Source: Pseudidiomarina andamanensis (GTDB lineage Bacteria; Pseudomonadota; Gammaproteobacteria; Enterobacterales; Alteromonadaceae). From it: 32,000 nucleotides of DNA. Numbering within the stretch: position 1 is the first letter of the stretch; each line of letters starts with the position of its first letter. The stretch is from the NCBI RefSeq assembly GCF_009734345.1, contig NZ_CP032551.1, positions 120,001 through 152,000 of the forward strand. The letters run 5' to 3'. This document shows, piece by piece, positions 7,288 through 16,183 of this stretch. The notes under the pieces were generated by a model that saw only the letters and a list, made by a program, of their open reading frames with translations, was not told the DNA's origin and ran no database searches. A program made the position numbers and the translations under genes.

Positions 7288-8258
7288 GCGGTAAATCCTG
7301 TTTGTAATACGTAAATGGTGTAACCAACATAGCATGCCACGAAGATGCCGCCGTGAATTCGGTTAATGCGATTCGGTCGGCTATTTGGCCGGAACGCAAA
7401 AATAAGCAGCATAAAGGTTAGTACGGTCATCATTAACCAATCACGGCTTAACACCAACGGTTCTAATGAAATTGGCGTAATAGCACCGGCAATGCCAACC
7501 ACCGCGAGCGTGTTAAACATGTTTGAGCCAATTACGTTACCGAGCGCTAAATCATGCTCATTCTTGCGCACAGCAGCTATTGCTGACGCCAACTCTGGTA
7601 GTGATGTTCCAACTGCCACAACGGTCAAACCAATAACTAAATCGCTAACACCTAAGGCGGTGGCGATGTCGACAGCACCCCATACTAAGATACGCGAGCT
7701 GACAATCAATAAGATCAATCCAATCACTAACCAAGTGATGGCTCGGCCGATGGGCATTGATGTTTCTTTGATTTCTTGATCAAATTCGTTGCTTAATACG
7801 TCATCGCTACCAGTCATGCCTTGATAGATGCTCCAACCGAGATAACTCGCAAAAATGGCGAGCAAGACCCAAGCTTCTAATGTGGTGATGATGCCATCGA
7901 TGAGAGGCCACGCAGCTAGAAGAGTGATGGCAATGAGCATCGGTGCTTCACGCTTTAAAACTTGGCTGGCAACCGCTATTGGCGCCAAAATAGCGGTAAT
8001 ACCGAGAATTAGGGCAATGTTGGTGATGTTTGAGCCGTAGGCGTTACCAAGCGCGAGGCCGGGGTTGCCTTGCGCTGACGCCAGTGCTGAGACGACCATT
8101 TCAGGGGCTGACGTACCAAAGCCGATAATGACCATACCAATAAGTAGGGCAGGCATACCGAAATGATTCGCTGTTGCAGCTGCGCCATCGACAAACCGAT
8201 CGGCACTCCAAACCAATAAAGCAAGGCCAATAATAATGGCAGCAATGGCGAGTAACAT
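7284..8258 (-). CDS. yrbG: CaCA-family cation/Ca2+ antiporter (YrbG-like)
   Basis: 324 aa and multi-TM, with both alpha-repeat signatures GFGTSAPEMVVS and AVGTSLPELASA. AAGGAA lies upstream of the ATG. Confidence 0.85.
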   Translation of the reverse strand: MLLAIAAIIIGLALLVWSADRFVDGAAATANHFGMPALLIGMVIIGFGTSAPEMVVSALASAQGNPGLALGNAYGSNITNIALILGITAILAPIAVASQVLKREAPMLIAITLLAAWPLIDGIITTLEAWVLLAIFASYLGWSIYQGMTGSDDVLSNEFDQEIKETSMPIGRAITWLVIGLILLIVSSRILVWGAVDIATALGVSDLVIGLTVVAVGTSLPELASAIAAVRKNEHDLALGNVIGSNMFNTLAVVGIAGAITPISLEPLVLSRDWLMMTVLTFMLLIFAFRPNSRPNRINRIHGGIFVACYVGYTIYVLQTGFTA

Positions 8259-8373
8259 AGAATTCCTTTGTGATTTATTAAGTTGCTAAACATTTTAACG
8301 TGATTTAGTAGTGCTTGTGAATGCAGTGTTTAACAGTCTAGACTGGAAGTACGTATTAAAAGAGGATTTCGTT

Positions 8374-9339
8374 ATGACGGACAAGCAGTTAGCGCGACCA
8401 GAATTTATGATTGATAGCTGGGATTTCAGTCAACATCCGGCACAACCGATTCACGACAACTTTCATAATCGACAACAGAGCTGGTTTCATTTTCAACGGA
8501 ATATTGCTGGTCTAGCTGATTGGTTACTGGATTCTGGAATTCCAGAGCCAATAATCGACGCAGTATTAGAAGAAGATACGCGGCCGAGATTTGATCGCCT
8601 GAACGATGGCTTTCTGTTGATTCTTCGCGGCGTGAACTTAGCTGAAAGTGACCAACCTGAAGATATGGTGAGTCTGCGTATTTTGTATTTTAAAGGTAAC
8701 TTATATAGTTTCCGGCGACGTCCTGTGCGAGCGGTGCAACTGATACAAAAGACACTTGAGGCGCAACAAGGGCCGCAATCATTACCCGATTTTATTTTGC
8801 ATTTGGTTGATGAAATGACGAATAAAATTGAGCAGTTGCAAGACAATATTGAAGCAGAAATGGAAGCGCTAGAGGATGATACTCAAGGCACAACCAGCGA
8901 GCGTCAATCAGCACTCACGCAATTGCATCGTCGCTTGTTGCGGCTAACCCGTTTTGTACGCCCGCAATTAACGGCGTTGGATAAACTGGCTGCCGATAGC
9001 AGTAAGTGGTTTGATGCCGATTGGACCCAGTGGTTATTGAACGAGCGTGACAATACGCATCGTGAATTAGAGAACATGGAAATGTTACTCGAGCAGGTGT
9101 GGATGCTGCGCGAACACTTACAACAGGATTTAGCTGAAAAGATGAATCGCAATACCTATTGGTTATCGATGGTTGCCGGCGTATTTTTACCAATTAGTTT
9201 TCTGACGGGGTTATTTGGCATCAATATCGGTGGTATGCCAGGTGTTGACGATGGCAACGCATTTTGGGTGTTCAGCGCTGCCTTGCTCGTTATTGCAGTA
9301 GTTGAGTTTTTACTGTTACGCCGACTGCGTTTTTGGTAG
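8374..9339 (+). CDS. zntB: CorA-superfamily zinc transporter ZntB
   Basis: The ORF track starts at the GTG at 8311. I prefer the ATG at 8374 (MTDKQLARPEF) with AAGAGGA upstream. The C-terminal two-TM region NTYWLSMVAGVFLPISFLTGLFGINIGGMPG matches the ZntB-type loop (E. coli FLTGLFGVNLGGIPG). Confidence 0.8.
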   Translation: MTDKQLARPEFMIDSWDFSQHPAQPIHDNFHNRQQSWFHFQRNIAGLADWLLDSGIPEPIIDAVLEEDTRPRFDRLNDGFLLILRGVNLAESDQPEDMVSLRILYFKGNLYSFRRRPVRAVQLIQKTLEAQQGPQSLPDFILHLVDEMTNKIEQLQDNIEAEMEALEDDTQGTTSERQSALTQLHRRLLRLTRFVRPQLTALDKLAADSSKWFDADWTQWLLNERDNTHRELENMEMLLEQVWMLREHLQQDLAEKMNRNTYWLSMVAGVFLPISFLTGLFGINIGGMPGVDDGNAFWVFSAALLVIAVVEFLLLRRLRFW

Positions 9340-10440
9340 CACAGAAGGAAGCGGCTGAACTGTGGGCGCTTGGTCATGAAAACCAGGCAGCTCACAATGG
9401 TCTGCAGCAAACACAACTAAGTGGTCAAACTCTGCTCGTAAGCCAATATTGGCGCCAACGGTGAACTCTTCATGCGAAGGGCTTAAAGTTAGAATCTCGA
9501 TGCCGCTCGCAAGCTCAATGGTGTAAAGGTTGTGCGCACCACGAAAACCGCGGGCTTTAATGGTGCCACGCAAGCGCGAAGTTGGGTCAGGAACGAGGTC
9601 ATCAGGGCGGACGAGGAAGCTTACGGGTGTTCCAGCAGGAACTTGCAGCAAACTAGGGTGTTCAAGCATACCAAGTGGCGACGCCAACGACCCTTCCGTA
9701 TTCACTGTGCCTTGTAACAACACTCCGTGGCCAATAAAGTCAGCAACTAATTGATGTTTTGGTTGATGATATAGCTGATATGGGGTGTCCCACTGCAGCA
9801 ATTCACCTTGATACATAACACCGGCTTTGTCTGCCATGGCGAAGGCTTCTTGTTGATCATGCGTTACTAACAGCGCAGTAATGCCCTCTTTCTTCAGAAG
9901 CTCGCGCACTTCAACGGCGAGTCGTTCACGCAACTCGGCATCGAGACTTGAGAACGGTTCATCAAGTAACAGTAAGCGGGGTTTTGGCGCGAGTGCTCGC
10001 GCTAAGGCGATACGTTGCTGTTGGCCACCGGAAAGCTCGTGCGGGAAACGTTTGTGATAGCCCGGCAGACCAATGCGGTCGAGTAATTCGTCGACGCGCT
10101 TACGACGCTCGGAAGCGCTACTCTTGCGCATGCCAAAACTGATATTTTCTTCCACATTCAAGTGCGGGAACAAGGCAAAATCTTGAAACACCATACCAAC
10201 GCCGCGTTGCTCTGGTGCTAAGGTGTGTTTGTCATCGGATACGTTCGAGTCGTCGATACGAATTGAGCCTGACTGTAAGGCTTGAAAACCTGCAATAGCG
10301 CGTAACAAAGTCGTTTTTCCGCAGCCGCTTGGACCCAAAAGGCAACCAATTTCGCCTTGCTTGAGTTCAAAGGTTACACCACGAACAATGTGTAATGCAC
10401 CGAAGCTAATTTGAATGTTATCAAGCTGTAACCGGGACAA
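9316..10440 (-). CDS. ABC transporter ATP-binding protein, Fe(III)/polyamine importer type (FbpC/AfuC-like)
   Basis: Walker A GPSGCGKTT, signature LSGGQQQR and Walker B LLLLDEP, with a C-terminal regulatory/TOBE-like extension. The only available start is a TTG with AAGGAG 7 nt upstream. It overlaps the permease stop by 20 nt. Confidence 0.85.
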   Translation of the reverse strand: MSRLQLDNIQISFGALHIVRGVTFELKQGEIGCLLGPSGCGKTTLLRAIAGFQALQSGSIRIDDSNVSDDKHTLAPEQRGVGMVFQDFALFPHLNVEENISFGMRKSSASERRKRVDELLDRIGLPGYHKRFPHELSGGQQQRIALARALAPKPRLLLLDEPFSSLDAELRERLAVEVRELLKKEGITALLVTHDQQEAFAMADKAGVMYQGELLQWDTPYQLYHQPKHQLVADFIGHGVLLQGTVNTEGSLASPLGMLEHPSLLQVPAGTPVSFLVRPDDLVPDPTSRLRGTIKARGFRGAHNLYTIELASGIEILTLSPSHEEFTVGANIGLRAEFDHLVVFAADHCELPGFHDQAPTVQPLPSVLPKTQSA

Positions 10441-12091
10441 ACTCTTGCTCCTTTAATGCAGACTGCTGCGATTTTAACATAGCGCGAGACAATAAAATAA
10501 CAGGGATAAGCCCGACCAACACCATCATCAATGCGGGCGGTCCAGCATCGGCTAAGCGCTCGTCACCGGCCATTTCATAGGCGCGGACAGCGAGGGTGTT
10601 GAAGTCAAAAGGACGCAGTACCAAGGTTGCTGGCAACTCTTTCAATACGTCAACGCCAACTAAAATAAGTGCGGTGAGCACGCTCGGGCGTAACAGTGGT
10701 AAATGAATTTTACGCAACACCTGCATTGGCTTGTAGCCTTGAATGCGGGCTGCTTCGTCCATGCTCGGACGAATTTCTCCCAAGCCTGCTTGAATGGTTT
10801 GCAGCGAAACACTTAAAAACCGCACGCTGTAGGCAAACAGCAACGCAAATACGGTTCCGGATAATAACAATCCTGGATTCACACCGAACCAAGATTCGCT
10901 GAGTGCGATGATTACGTGGTCAATACTGGTAAGAAAAACCATTAAGCCAACTGCGATAACAAGGCCCGGAATGGCATAGCCTAGGCCTGCGAACGCAACG
11001 CTGGTGCGCACAACCTTGGTTGGAATTTGACGGCGACCATAGGCTAGCCATAGCGCCATGGTTACGACCAGCACAGCGGCAAGCACAGCAAGGCCAAAGC
11101 TATTCAGAGTTAGTTGCCAAAACGCACTATCTTGCCAAACTTCGCTGCGCTCAATTGACCAACTGGTTAGTTGTAACGCCGGTAGAATAAAGCCGAACAA
11201 TAATGGCAGCCAACAAGCAATGCTCGCGGCAATGGCTTTCCAGCCATGGAGTTGAAAAGGCGGTGCTGGACGATTGTTGCGTTGATCGTAGCGCGCTTGG
11301 CGACGTGACCAACGCTCGATGAAAATCAATAAAATGACAGCCACAAGCAGCATACCGGCTAGTTGTAAGGCGCCTTGCAAGTCACCCAGACCGTACCAGG
11401 TTCTGAATATGCCGGTGGTAAACGTTGTCACACCAAAGTACTGAACAGTGCCGTAATCGGCTAAGGTTTCCATCAATGCTAGCGTTGCGCCCGTCACAAT
11501 GGCAGGGCGAGCTAATGGCAACGCTAAGCGCAAGAAACATTGCCAAGGATTCAGTCCCAAACTGCGGCCTGCTTCGAGTGTTGTCGCCGATTGCTGGATA
11601 AATGTGGCGCGGGTGATGAGGTACACATACGGAAATAAGACTAGACTCAGCACCACAATCGCACCACTAAGGCTTCGAATTTCAGGGAACCAATAGTCAC
11701 CGTAACCCCAGCCGAACCAGTCGCGCAAGGTCGATTGCACAGGACCGGCAAAATCCAACATTCCGGTATAGGTGTAGGCAGTAATGTAGGCCGGCATTGC
11801 TAATGGCAGCAATAGAGCCCAACTAAGAATGCGCTGGCCAGGAAAGCGACAAGCGGTGGTTAGCCATGCGGTGCTGACACCAAGGGTGATCACGCCGGCG
11901 GCGACACCAATTAGTAATATAAATGAATGACGAATGTATTCGGGAACGACGGTGGCCCATAAGTGACTAAGCGTTGCGGTGTCATTACTCCAGATGAGTT
12001 GTAGCACCGACCAACAAATAACGAGCAACGGCACGCCGATAACGACGGCCGTTGCAATGAGTGTTAGTTGGCGCCACAAATTAAAGCGCAT
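10421..12091 (-). CDS. Fe(III) ABC transporter permease, duplicated two-module type (FbpB/AfuB-like)
   Basis: 556 aa with about 12 TM segments and two EAA-type loops (LEAGRSLGLNPWQCFLRLALPLARPA and MDEAARIQGYKPMQVLRKIHLPLLRPS). Its start overlaps the stop of the binding-protein gene (TAATG). Confidence 0.85.
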   Translation of the reverse strand: MRFNLWRQLTLIATAVVIGVPLLVICWSVLQLIWSNDTATLSHLWATVVPEYIRHSFILLIGVAAGVITLGVSTAWLTTACRFPGQRILSWALLLPLAMPAYITAYTYTGMLDFAGPVQSTLRDWFGWGYGDYWFPEIRSLSGAIVVLSLVLFPYVYLITRATFIQQSATTLEAGRSLGLNPWQCFLRLALPLARPAIVTGATLALMETLADYGTVQYFGVTTFTTGIFRTWYGLGDLQGALQLAGMLLVAVILLIFIERWSRRQARYDQRNNRPAPPFQLHGWKAIAASIACWLPLLFGFILPALQLTSWSIERSEVWQDSAFWQLTLNSFGLAVLAAVLVVTMALWLAYGRRQIPTKVVRTSVAFAGLGYAIPGLVIAVGLMVFLTSIDHVIIALSESWFGVNPGLLLSGTVFALLFAYSVRFLSVSLQTIQAGLGEIRPSMDEAARIQGYKPMQVLRKIHLPLLRPSVLTALILVGVDVLKELPATLVLRPFDFNTLAVRAYEMAGDERLADAGPPALMMVLVGLIPVILLSRAMLKSQQSALKEQEFVPVTA

Positions 12092-13119
12092 TAACGCCAG
12101 CCAGCTCGATTCATCAATTTAACGGCTTCTGCGTTATTTTCACCTAGGAAGGTCATCGACAAGTCGTCAGCTTTGAATTCGCCCCACGCTTGCAAGGTAT
12201 CACTCCACTCAACGCCTTCAACAGCTGGGTATTCGTTGTTGGTTGCAGCATACCAAGCTTGTGATTCAGCCGATAACAAGAACTCGATAAGTTGCTGTGC
12301 TTCCGTTTTATTTTTTGCATGCTTGGTTAAGCCGATGCCTGAAACGTTCACGTGAGTACCGAAGCTATCTTGATTTGGCCAGAAGATTTTCAGCTTACTT
12401 GCCGCTTCACGCTGTTCAGCGTCATCACCGGTTTGCATGAGGCCAAAATAGTAAGTGTTTGCTACCGCTAAATCGCAGACTCCAGCTGCGGCCGCTTTTA
12501 ACTGATCGCGGTCACCGCCAACAGGTGGCTTGGCCAAATTGTTTACGAGGCCTTTTGCCCACGCTTCGGTCTTTTCCTCGCCCCAGTGCTCAATCAAGGC
12601 AGCAGTCAGCGATTGGTTATAAATATTGTCTGACGAGCGGATACAGACTTTTTTGTTCCATTCAGGTTTTGCTAAATCTTCGTATCCTGTCAACCGGCTT
12701 GGGTCGACACGATCGGCCGCATAGAAGATTGGACGAGCGCGCAAGCTCAAACCAACCCATAGGTTATCGGTACCATGCAGGTGTGCTGGCACTGATTTTA
12801 ATGCTTTGGCTGATGTAAGAGGTTGAAATACGCCCGCTTCAGCAGCACGATGTAAGTTGCCCGCATCAACAGTTAGAAATAAATCAGCTGGCGTATTTTC
12901 GCCCTCGTTCTGTAAACGAGCGAGAAGGGCATCGCCACCACCAGTTAAAAGGCGTACTTCAATATCCGTTTCTGCGGTAAACTTCTCTAGAACTGGTTTA
13001 ATTAATGCTTCTTTGCGCGCCGAATACAGGTTAACTGTGGCCGCTTGTGCTACGGTAGCTGTTAAACTTGCAGCGATGGCTGTGGCGGTAAAGATTTTGC
13101 GCAACATAGTTGAACTCAT
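12091..13119 (-). CDS. Fe(III) ABC transporter periplasmic substrate-binding protein (FbpA/AfuA/FutA-like)
   Basis: ORF 12091..13215. I prefer the ATG at 13117-13119 (MSSTMLRKIFTATAIAASLTATVAQAATVNLYSARK, a signal peptide) with AGAGG upstream. The NLYS.R......L..F....I.V motif is typical of ferric binding proteins. Confidence 0.8.
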   Translation of the reverse strand: MSSTMLRKIFTATAIAASLTATVAQAATVNLYSARKEALIKPVLEKFTAETDIEVRLLTGGGDALLARLQNEGENTPADLFLTVDAGNLHRAAEAGVFQPLTSAKALKSVPAHLHGTDNLWVGLSLRARPIFYAADRVDPSRLTGYEDLAKPEWNKKVCIRSSDNIYNQSLTAALIEHWGEEKTEAWAKGLVNNLAKPPVGGDRDQLKAAAAGVCDLAVANTYYFGLMQTGDDAEQREAASKLKIFWPNQDSFGTHVNVSGIGLTKHAKNKTEAQQLIEFLLSAESQAWYAATNNEYPAVEGVEWSDTLQAWGEFKADDLSMTFLGENNAEAVKLMNRAGWR

Positions 13120-13211
13120 AACTGAATACCTCTGTATTGATGGGTTGAAGTATATCGAAAAAAGATAACGAACGATATTGATTCGCATTTGGTACCTACA
13201 AATAGTTTGAC

Positions 13212-13230
13212 GCAAATGAGAATTGTTATC
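13212..13230. promoter_or_regulatory. candidate Fur box in the divergent Fe-ABC / antiporter promoter region
   Basis: GCAAATGAGAATTGTTATC matches the Fur consensus GATAATGATAATCATTATC at 14/19 by hand count. It lies 93 nt upstream of the binding-protein ATG. Confidence 0.45.
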
Positions 13231-13266
13231 AACAACTGATTGGAAAAAATTACAAAAGGATGACTT

Positions 13267-15069
13267 ATGTCGAATATGTCAGCACTTGCATTGATTGGTG
13301 TGCTCTCAATTATGTGTCAGTGGGGCGCTTGGCGGATGAAAGTGCCGGCCATTTTGCCGTTGTTAATTGTGGGAATTGTCATTGGTCCTGTATTTGGTGT
13401 GCTCGACCCTGACGCGGTATTTGGCGATATTCTATTTCCATTAGTTTCGTTATCGGTAGCTATTATTCTGTTTGAAGGCTCGTTAACTCTAAAGTTTGAT
13501 GAGATACGTGGTCACGGCCGCATGGTAACCAACTTGGTCAGTATTGGCATGGTGGTCACTTGGGTGAGTATTGCCATTGCTGCTTACTACCTGATTGGTT
13601 TTGGCTGGGAACTTGCGGCATTGTTTGGTGCGCTTGTTGTAGTAACTGGGCCGACAGTAATTATGCCCATGTTGCGCTCGGTACGACCATTGGCGCGACT
13701 TGGAAACATTTTGCGCTGGGAAGGCATCATTATTGACCCGATTGGCGCATTACTCGCAGTCTTAGTCTATGAATTCATAATTTCGAGCCAAGGCGCAGGC
13801 TGGTCGCAAGCGCTGCAAGCCTTTGCAACGACTATTGGGGTAGGTTTTGCACTCGGTTTTGCCGGTGGTAAGTTACTTGGCTGGGCGCTCATCAAAAACA
13901 TCTTCCCGCATTACCTACGCAATGTCGCCACATTGGCTGTGGTTTTGGGCGTATTCGCCGTGTCGAATGCCATGCAACATGAGTCGGGCTTATTAACCGT
14001 GACCGTTATGGGCATGGTGATGGCGAATATGCGCGGTCTTGATCTCGATGAGATTCTTGAATTCAAAGAGACGCTATCTGTCCTCCTCATTTCCGGTTTG
14101 TTCATCATTTTAGCGGCACGTCTGGAACCGGACGCATTTAATTCGTTGGGGCTACCTGCGGTGGCTCTGTTAGCGATTATTATTTTTGCCGTACGGCCAT
14201 TGAGTGTGTGGTTGTCGTCAATTGGCACCCAGACCGAGTTCAAAGAAAAAGTTCTACTTAGTTGGATTGCGCCGCGCGGTATTGTTGCGGCAGCGGTTTC
14301 TGCTCTGTTTGCATTAAAGATGCAACAGGCCGGCTGGGAGCAAGCGGAAATGCTTGTGCCACTGGTATTTTTGGTAATTTTAAGCACGGTGATATTGCAA
14401 AGTTTAACAGCGAAGCCGCTGGCACATGCACTGAAACTGCGCGAGCCGCCCGCACGAGGCTTTTTGATTTTTGGTGCAAACCCAACCGCACGCCTCATTG
14501 CGAAATCGCTGAAAGAAAACAAGTTTCCAGTGATGTTGGCGGATACCAACTGGGAGCACATCAAGCAAGCCAGAATGGAAAACTTACCCGTTTACTTTGG
14601 TAACCCAACGTCTGAACACGCTGAGAACAATATGGATTTAACAGGCATTGGTAACGTTTTAATATTGTCGCCATATCGCCAGTTAAACCCTGTGGTCGCG
14701 ATGCACTTCATGGATTGGTTTGATGCTGAGAAAATCTTTGCATTGCACAGCACTGATCATGACGCACCGGCGCGAAATCAACTGCCGGAAGTATATCGTA
14801 AACGCTTGAAATTATTTGGTAAGGGCGTCACGTTTTCAAAGTTGGCAAGCCTGACCTTCCAAGGTGCTCAAGTAAAAACAACGGCGCTGACGGAATCATT
14901 TCACTATGATGATTATCAGGATCGCTATGGTAACAGAGCGTTGCCATTGTATGCGCTTGATGAACGTGGGCATTGTCATTTGTTTTCAAGTGACCAAACC
15001 TTTGAACCTAAGGCAGGTTGGCAGATAGTTGCATTAGTCAGTCCGGAGCAAGAATCGGAGGAAAGCTAA
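13267..15069 (+). CDS. CPA1-family Na+(K+)/H+ antiporter with C-terminal soluble domain
   Basis: 600 aa with AAGGA upstream. It has about 12 TM segments with NhaP/CPA1-like blocks (LFEGSLTLKF, VVTGPTV, RWEGIIIDPIGALLAV, SWIAPRGIVAAAVSALF). The C-terminal tail of about 200 aa is hydrophilic. Confidence 0.8.
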   Translation: MSNMSALALIGVLSIMCQWGAWRMKVPAILPLLIVGIVIGPVFGVLDPDAVFGDILFPLVSLSVAIILFEGSLTLKFDEIRGHGRMVTNLVSIGMVVTWVSIAIAAYYLIGFGWELAALFGALVVVTGPTVIMPMLRSVRPLARLGNILRWEGIIIDPIGALLAVLVYEFIISSQGAGWSQALQAFATTIGVGFALGFAGGKLLGWALIKNIFPHYLRNVATLAVVLGVFAVSNAMQHESGLLTVTVMGMVMANMRGLDLDEILEFKETLSVLLISGLFIILAARLEPDAFNSLGLPAVALLAIIIFAVRPLSVWLSSIGTQTEFKEKVLLSWIAPRGIVAAAVSALFALKMQQAGWEQAEMLVPLVFLVILSTVILQSLTAKPLAHALKLREPPARGFLIFGANPTARLIAKSLKENKFPVMLADTNWEHIKQARMENLPVYFGNPTSEHAENNMDLTGIGNVLILSPYRQLNPVVAMHFMDWFDAEKIFALHSTDHDAPARNQLPEVYRKRLKLFGKGVTFSKLASLTFQGAQVKTTALTESFHYDDYQDRYGNRALPLYALDERGHCHLFSSDQTFEPKAGWQIVALVSPEQESEES

Positions 15070-15131
15070 CATTTTTTTAAACTAAATCGTTTTGTAAATG
15101 AAAAACTTATAAAAATGTTACCAAATTGTAA

Positions 15132-15160
15132 TTGAAATGAGTTTTTTTATTAGATAAGAT
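15132..15160 (+). promoter_or_regulatory. candidate sigma70 promoter for the lipoprotein-bolA unit
   Basis: TTGAAA, a 17-nt spacer, TAAGAT, within an AT-rich spacer. This would give a leader of about 125 nt. Hand prediction only. Confidence 0.25.
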
Positions 15161-15292
15161 GCCTACATGGATTTGGGGTGACACTCACGGAATGATGTCT
15201 CCCTTCGAACATGGATGTTCTATCTTCCTTTTTAATTCCCGCAATAGCCTTTATACTGCAGAGCCATTCATCGGTTGTTTTGGAATGCTGCT

Positions 15293-15769
15293 ATGCTGTC
15301 TTTTTTCGCGTTGAAAATTTTACGACGAAGCTTAATATTCGCTAGCCTCGTGGTGCTTGCGGGGTGCAATCCTCAAGCCGGAATTGATGACGCAGCGCAA
15401 CCGGTTTATCAAATTGATCAGTTACAATTACCCACGGGCAGTTGGGCGTTGACAAGCAGTGTCATTCAGTTGAGTTTCTGTCGTGATCGAATCAACGAAG
15501 CACTGATGGCAGAGCGAGATGAGTTAAATCGTTGGCGTTTAATCGGTGAGCAATCAGCTTTCCCCAAAAATCGCCGAGAAGGATTAGATCAACTTGCCTA
15601 TTTATTTCAACAGCATGACGTTTTGCTTTATCAGCTCTCAGGCAATTTTGGCGCGCAGTGGTATCGACTTGCCTATCGTCCAAACCAGCCTGAACCAAAT
15701 GTTATCGAAGCATTTGCTAAAATAGGTCGTGATTCCCGAATTTGTTTTAGTTCTCTTGATGACGAATGA
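15293..15769 (+). CDS. hypothetical lipoprotein
   Basis: ORF 15275..15769 (TTG). I prefer the ATG at 15293 (MLSFFALKILRRSLIFASLVVLAGCNPQAG, lipobox LAGC). I recognise no family. Its stop is 7 nt before the bolA ATG. Confidence 0.5.
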   Translation: MLSFFALKILRRSLIFASLVVLAGCNPQAGIDDAAQPVYQIDQLQLPTGSWALTSSVIQLSFCRDRINEALMAERDELNRWRLIGEQSAFPKNRREGLDQLAYLFQQHDVLLYQLSGNFGAQWYRLAYRPNQPEPNVIEAFAKIGRDSRICFSSLDDE

Positions 15770-15776
15770 GGTGCTT

Positions 15777-16097
15777 ATGACATCACTACAGCAAGTTATT
15801 CAGCAAAAATTAGATTCCGAATTCTCGCCATTACACCTTGAAGTCATCAACGAGAGTCACATGCACGGAACACCGAGTGATGATTCCCATTTTAAGGTGA
15901 TTATTGCGGCAGAGCAGTTTGACGGGATGCGTTTATTACAACGGCATCGAGCAATCAACAAGATTCTAGAAGATGAACTTGCAGGGCCAGTGCACGCACT
16001 GGCGTTGCACGTTTATAGTCCTTTTGAGTGGCACCAATTGCATGAAGTACCGTCTTCACCAGTATGTCGCGGCGGCAGTACGCTTGACGCAAATTAA
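15777..16097 (+). CDS. bolA: BolA family transcriptional regulator / morphoprotein
   Basis: ATG at 15777 with GAGG upstream. It is collinear with E. coli BolA: LEV.NES..H.......SHFKV...S..F.G......HR.....L......VHALALH.Y....W, with the C-terminal SSPVCRGG (E. coli SPPCRGAG). Confidence 0.85.
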   Translation: MTSLQQVIQQKLDSEFSPLHLEVINESHMHGTPSDDSHFKVIIAAEQFDGMRLLQRHRAINKILEDELAGPVHALALHVYSPFEWHQLHEVPSSPVCRGGSTLDAN

Positions 16098-16183
16098 CAG
16101 CTCAGATCACTTGCGGCACTGCACTCGGTTACACTAGCCGCCATTAATATCGATATGAATTTAAAACAATAGGACATAACAAC

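Noticed and set aside
13911-14564. 217-aa ORF antisense to the CPA1 antiporter gene. Similar long shadow ORFs occur at 1664-1993, 4836-5180, 6929-7399, 7366-7779, 12459-12818, 17611-18003 and 25644-26048.
   Set aside because: Each lies entirely inside a confidently identified gene in another frame or on the other strand. Their compositions are Arg/Ser/Ala-rich and low-complexity, typical of shadow ORFs, and none has a recognisable motif or RBS. They are treated as non-coding.
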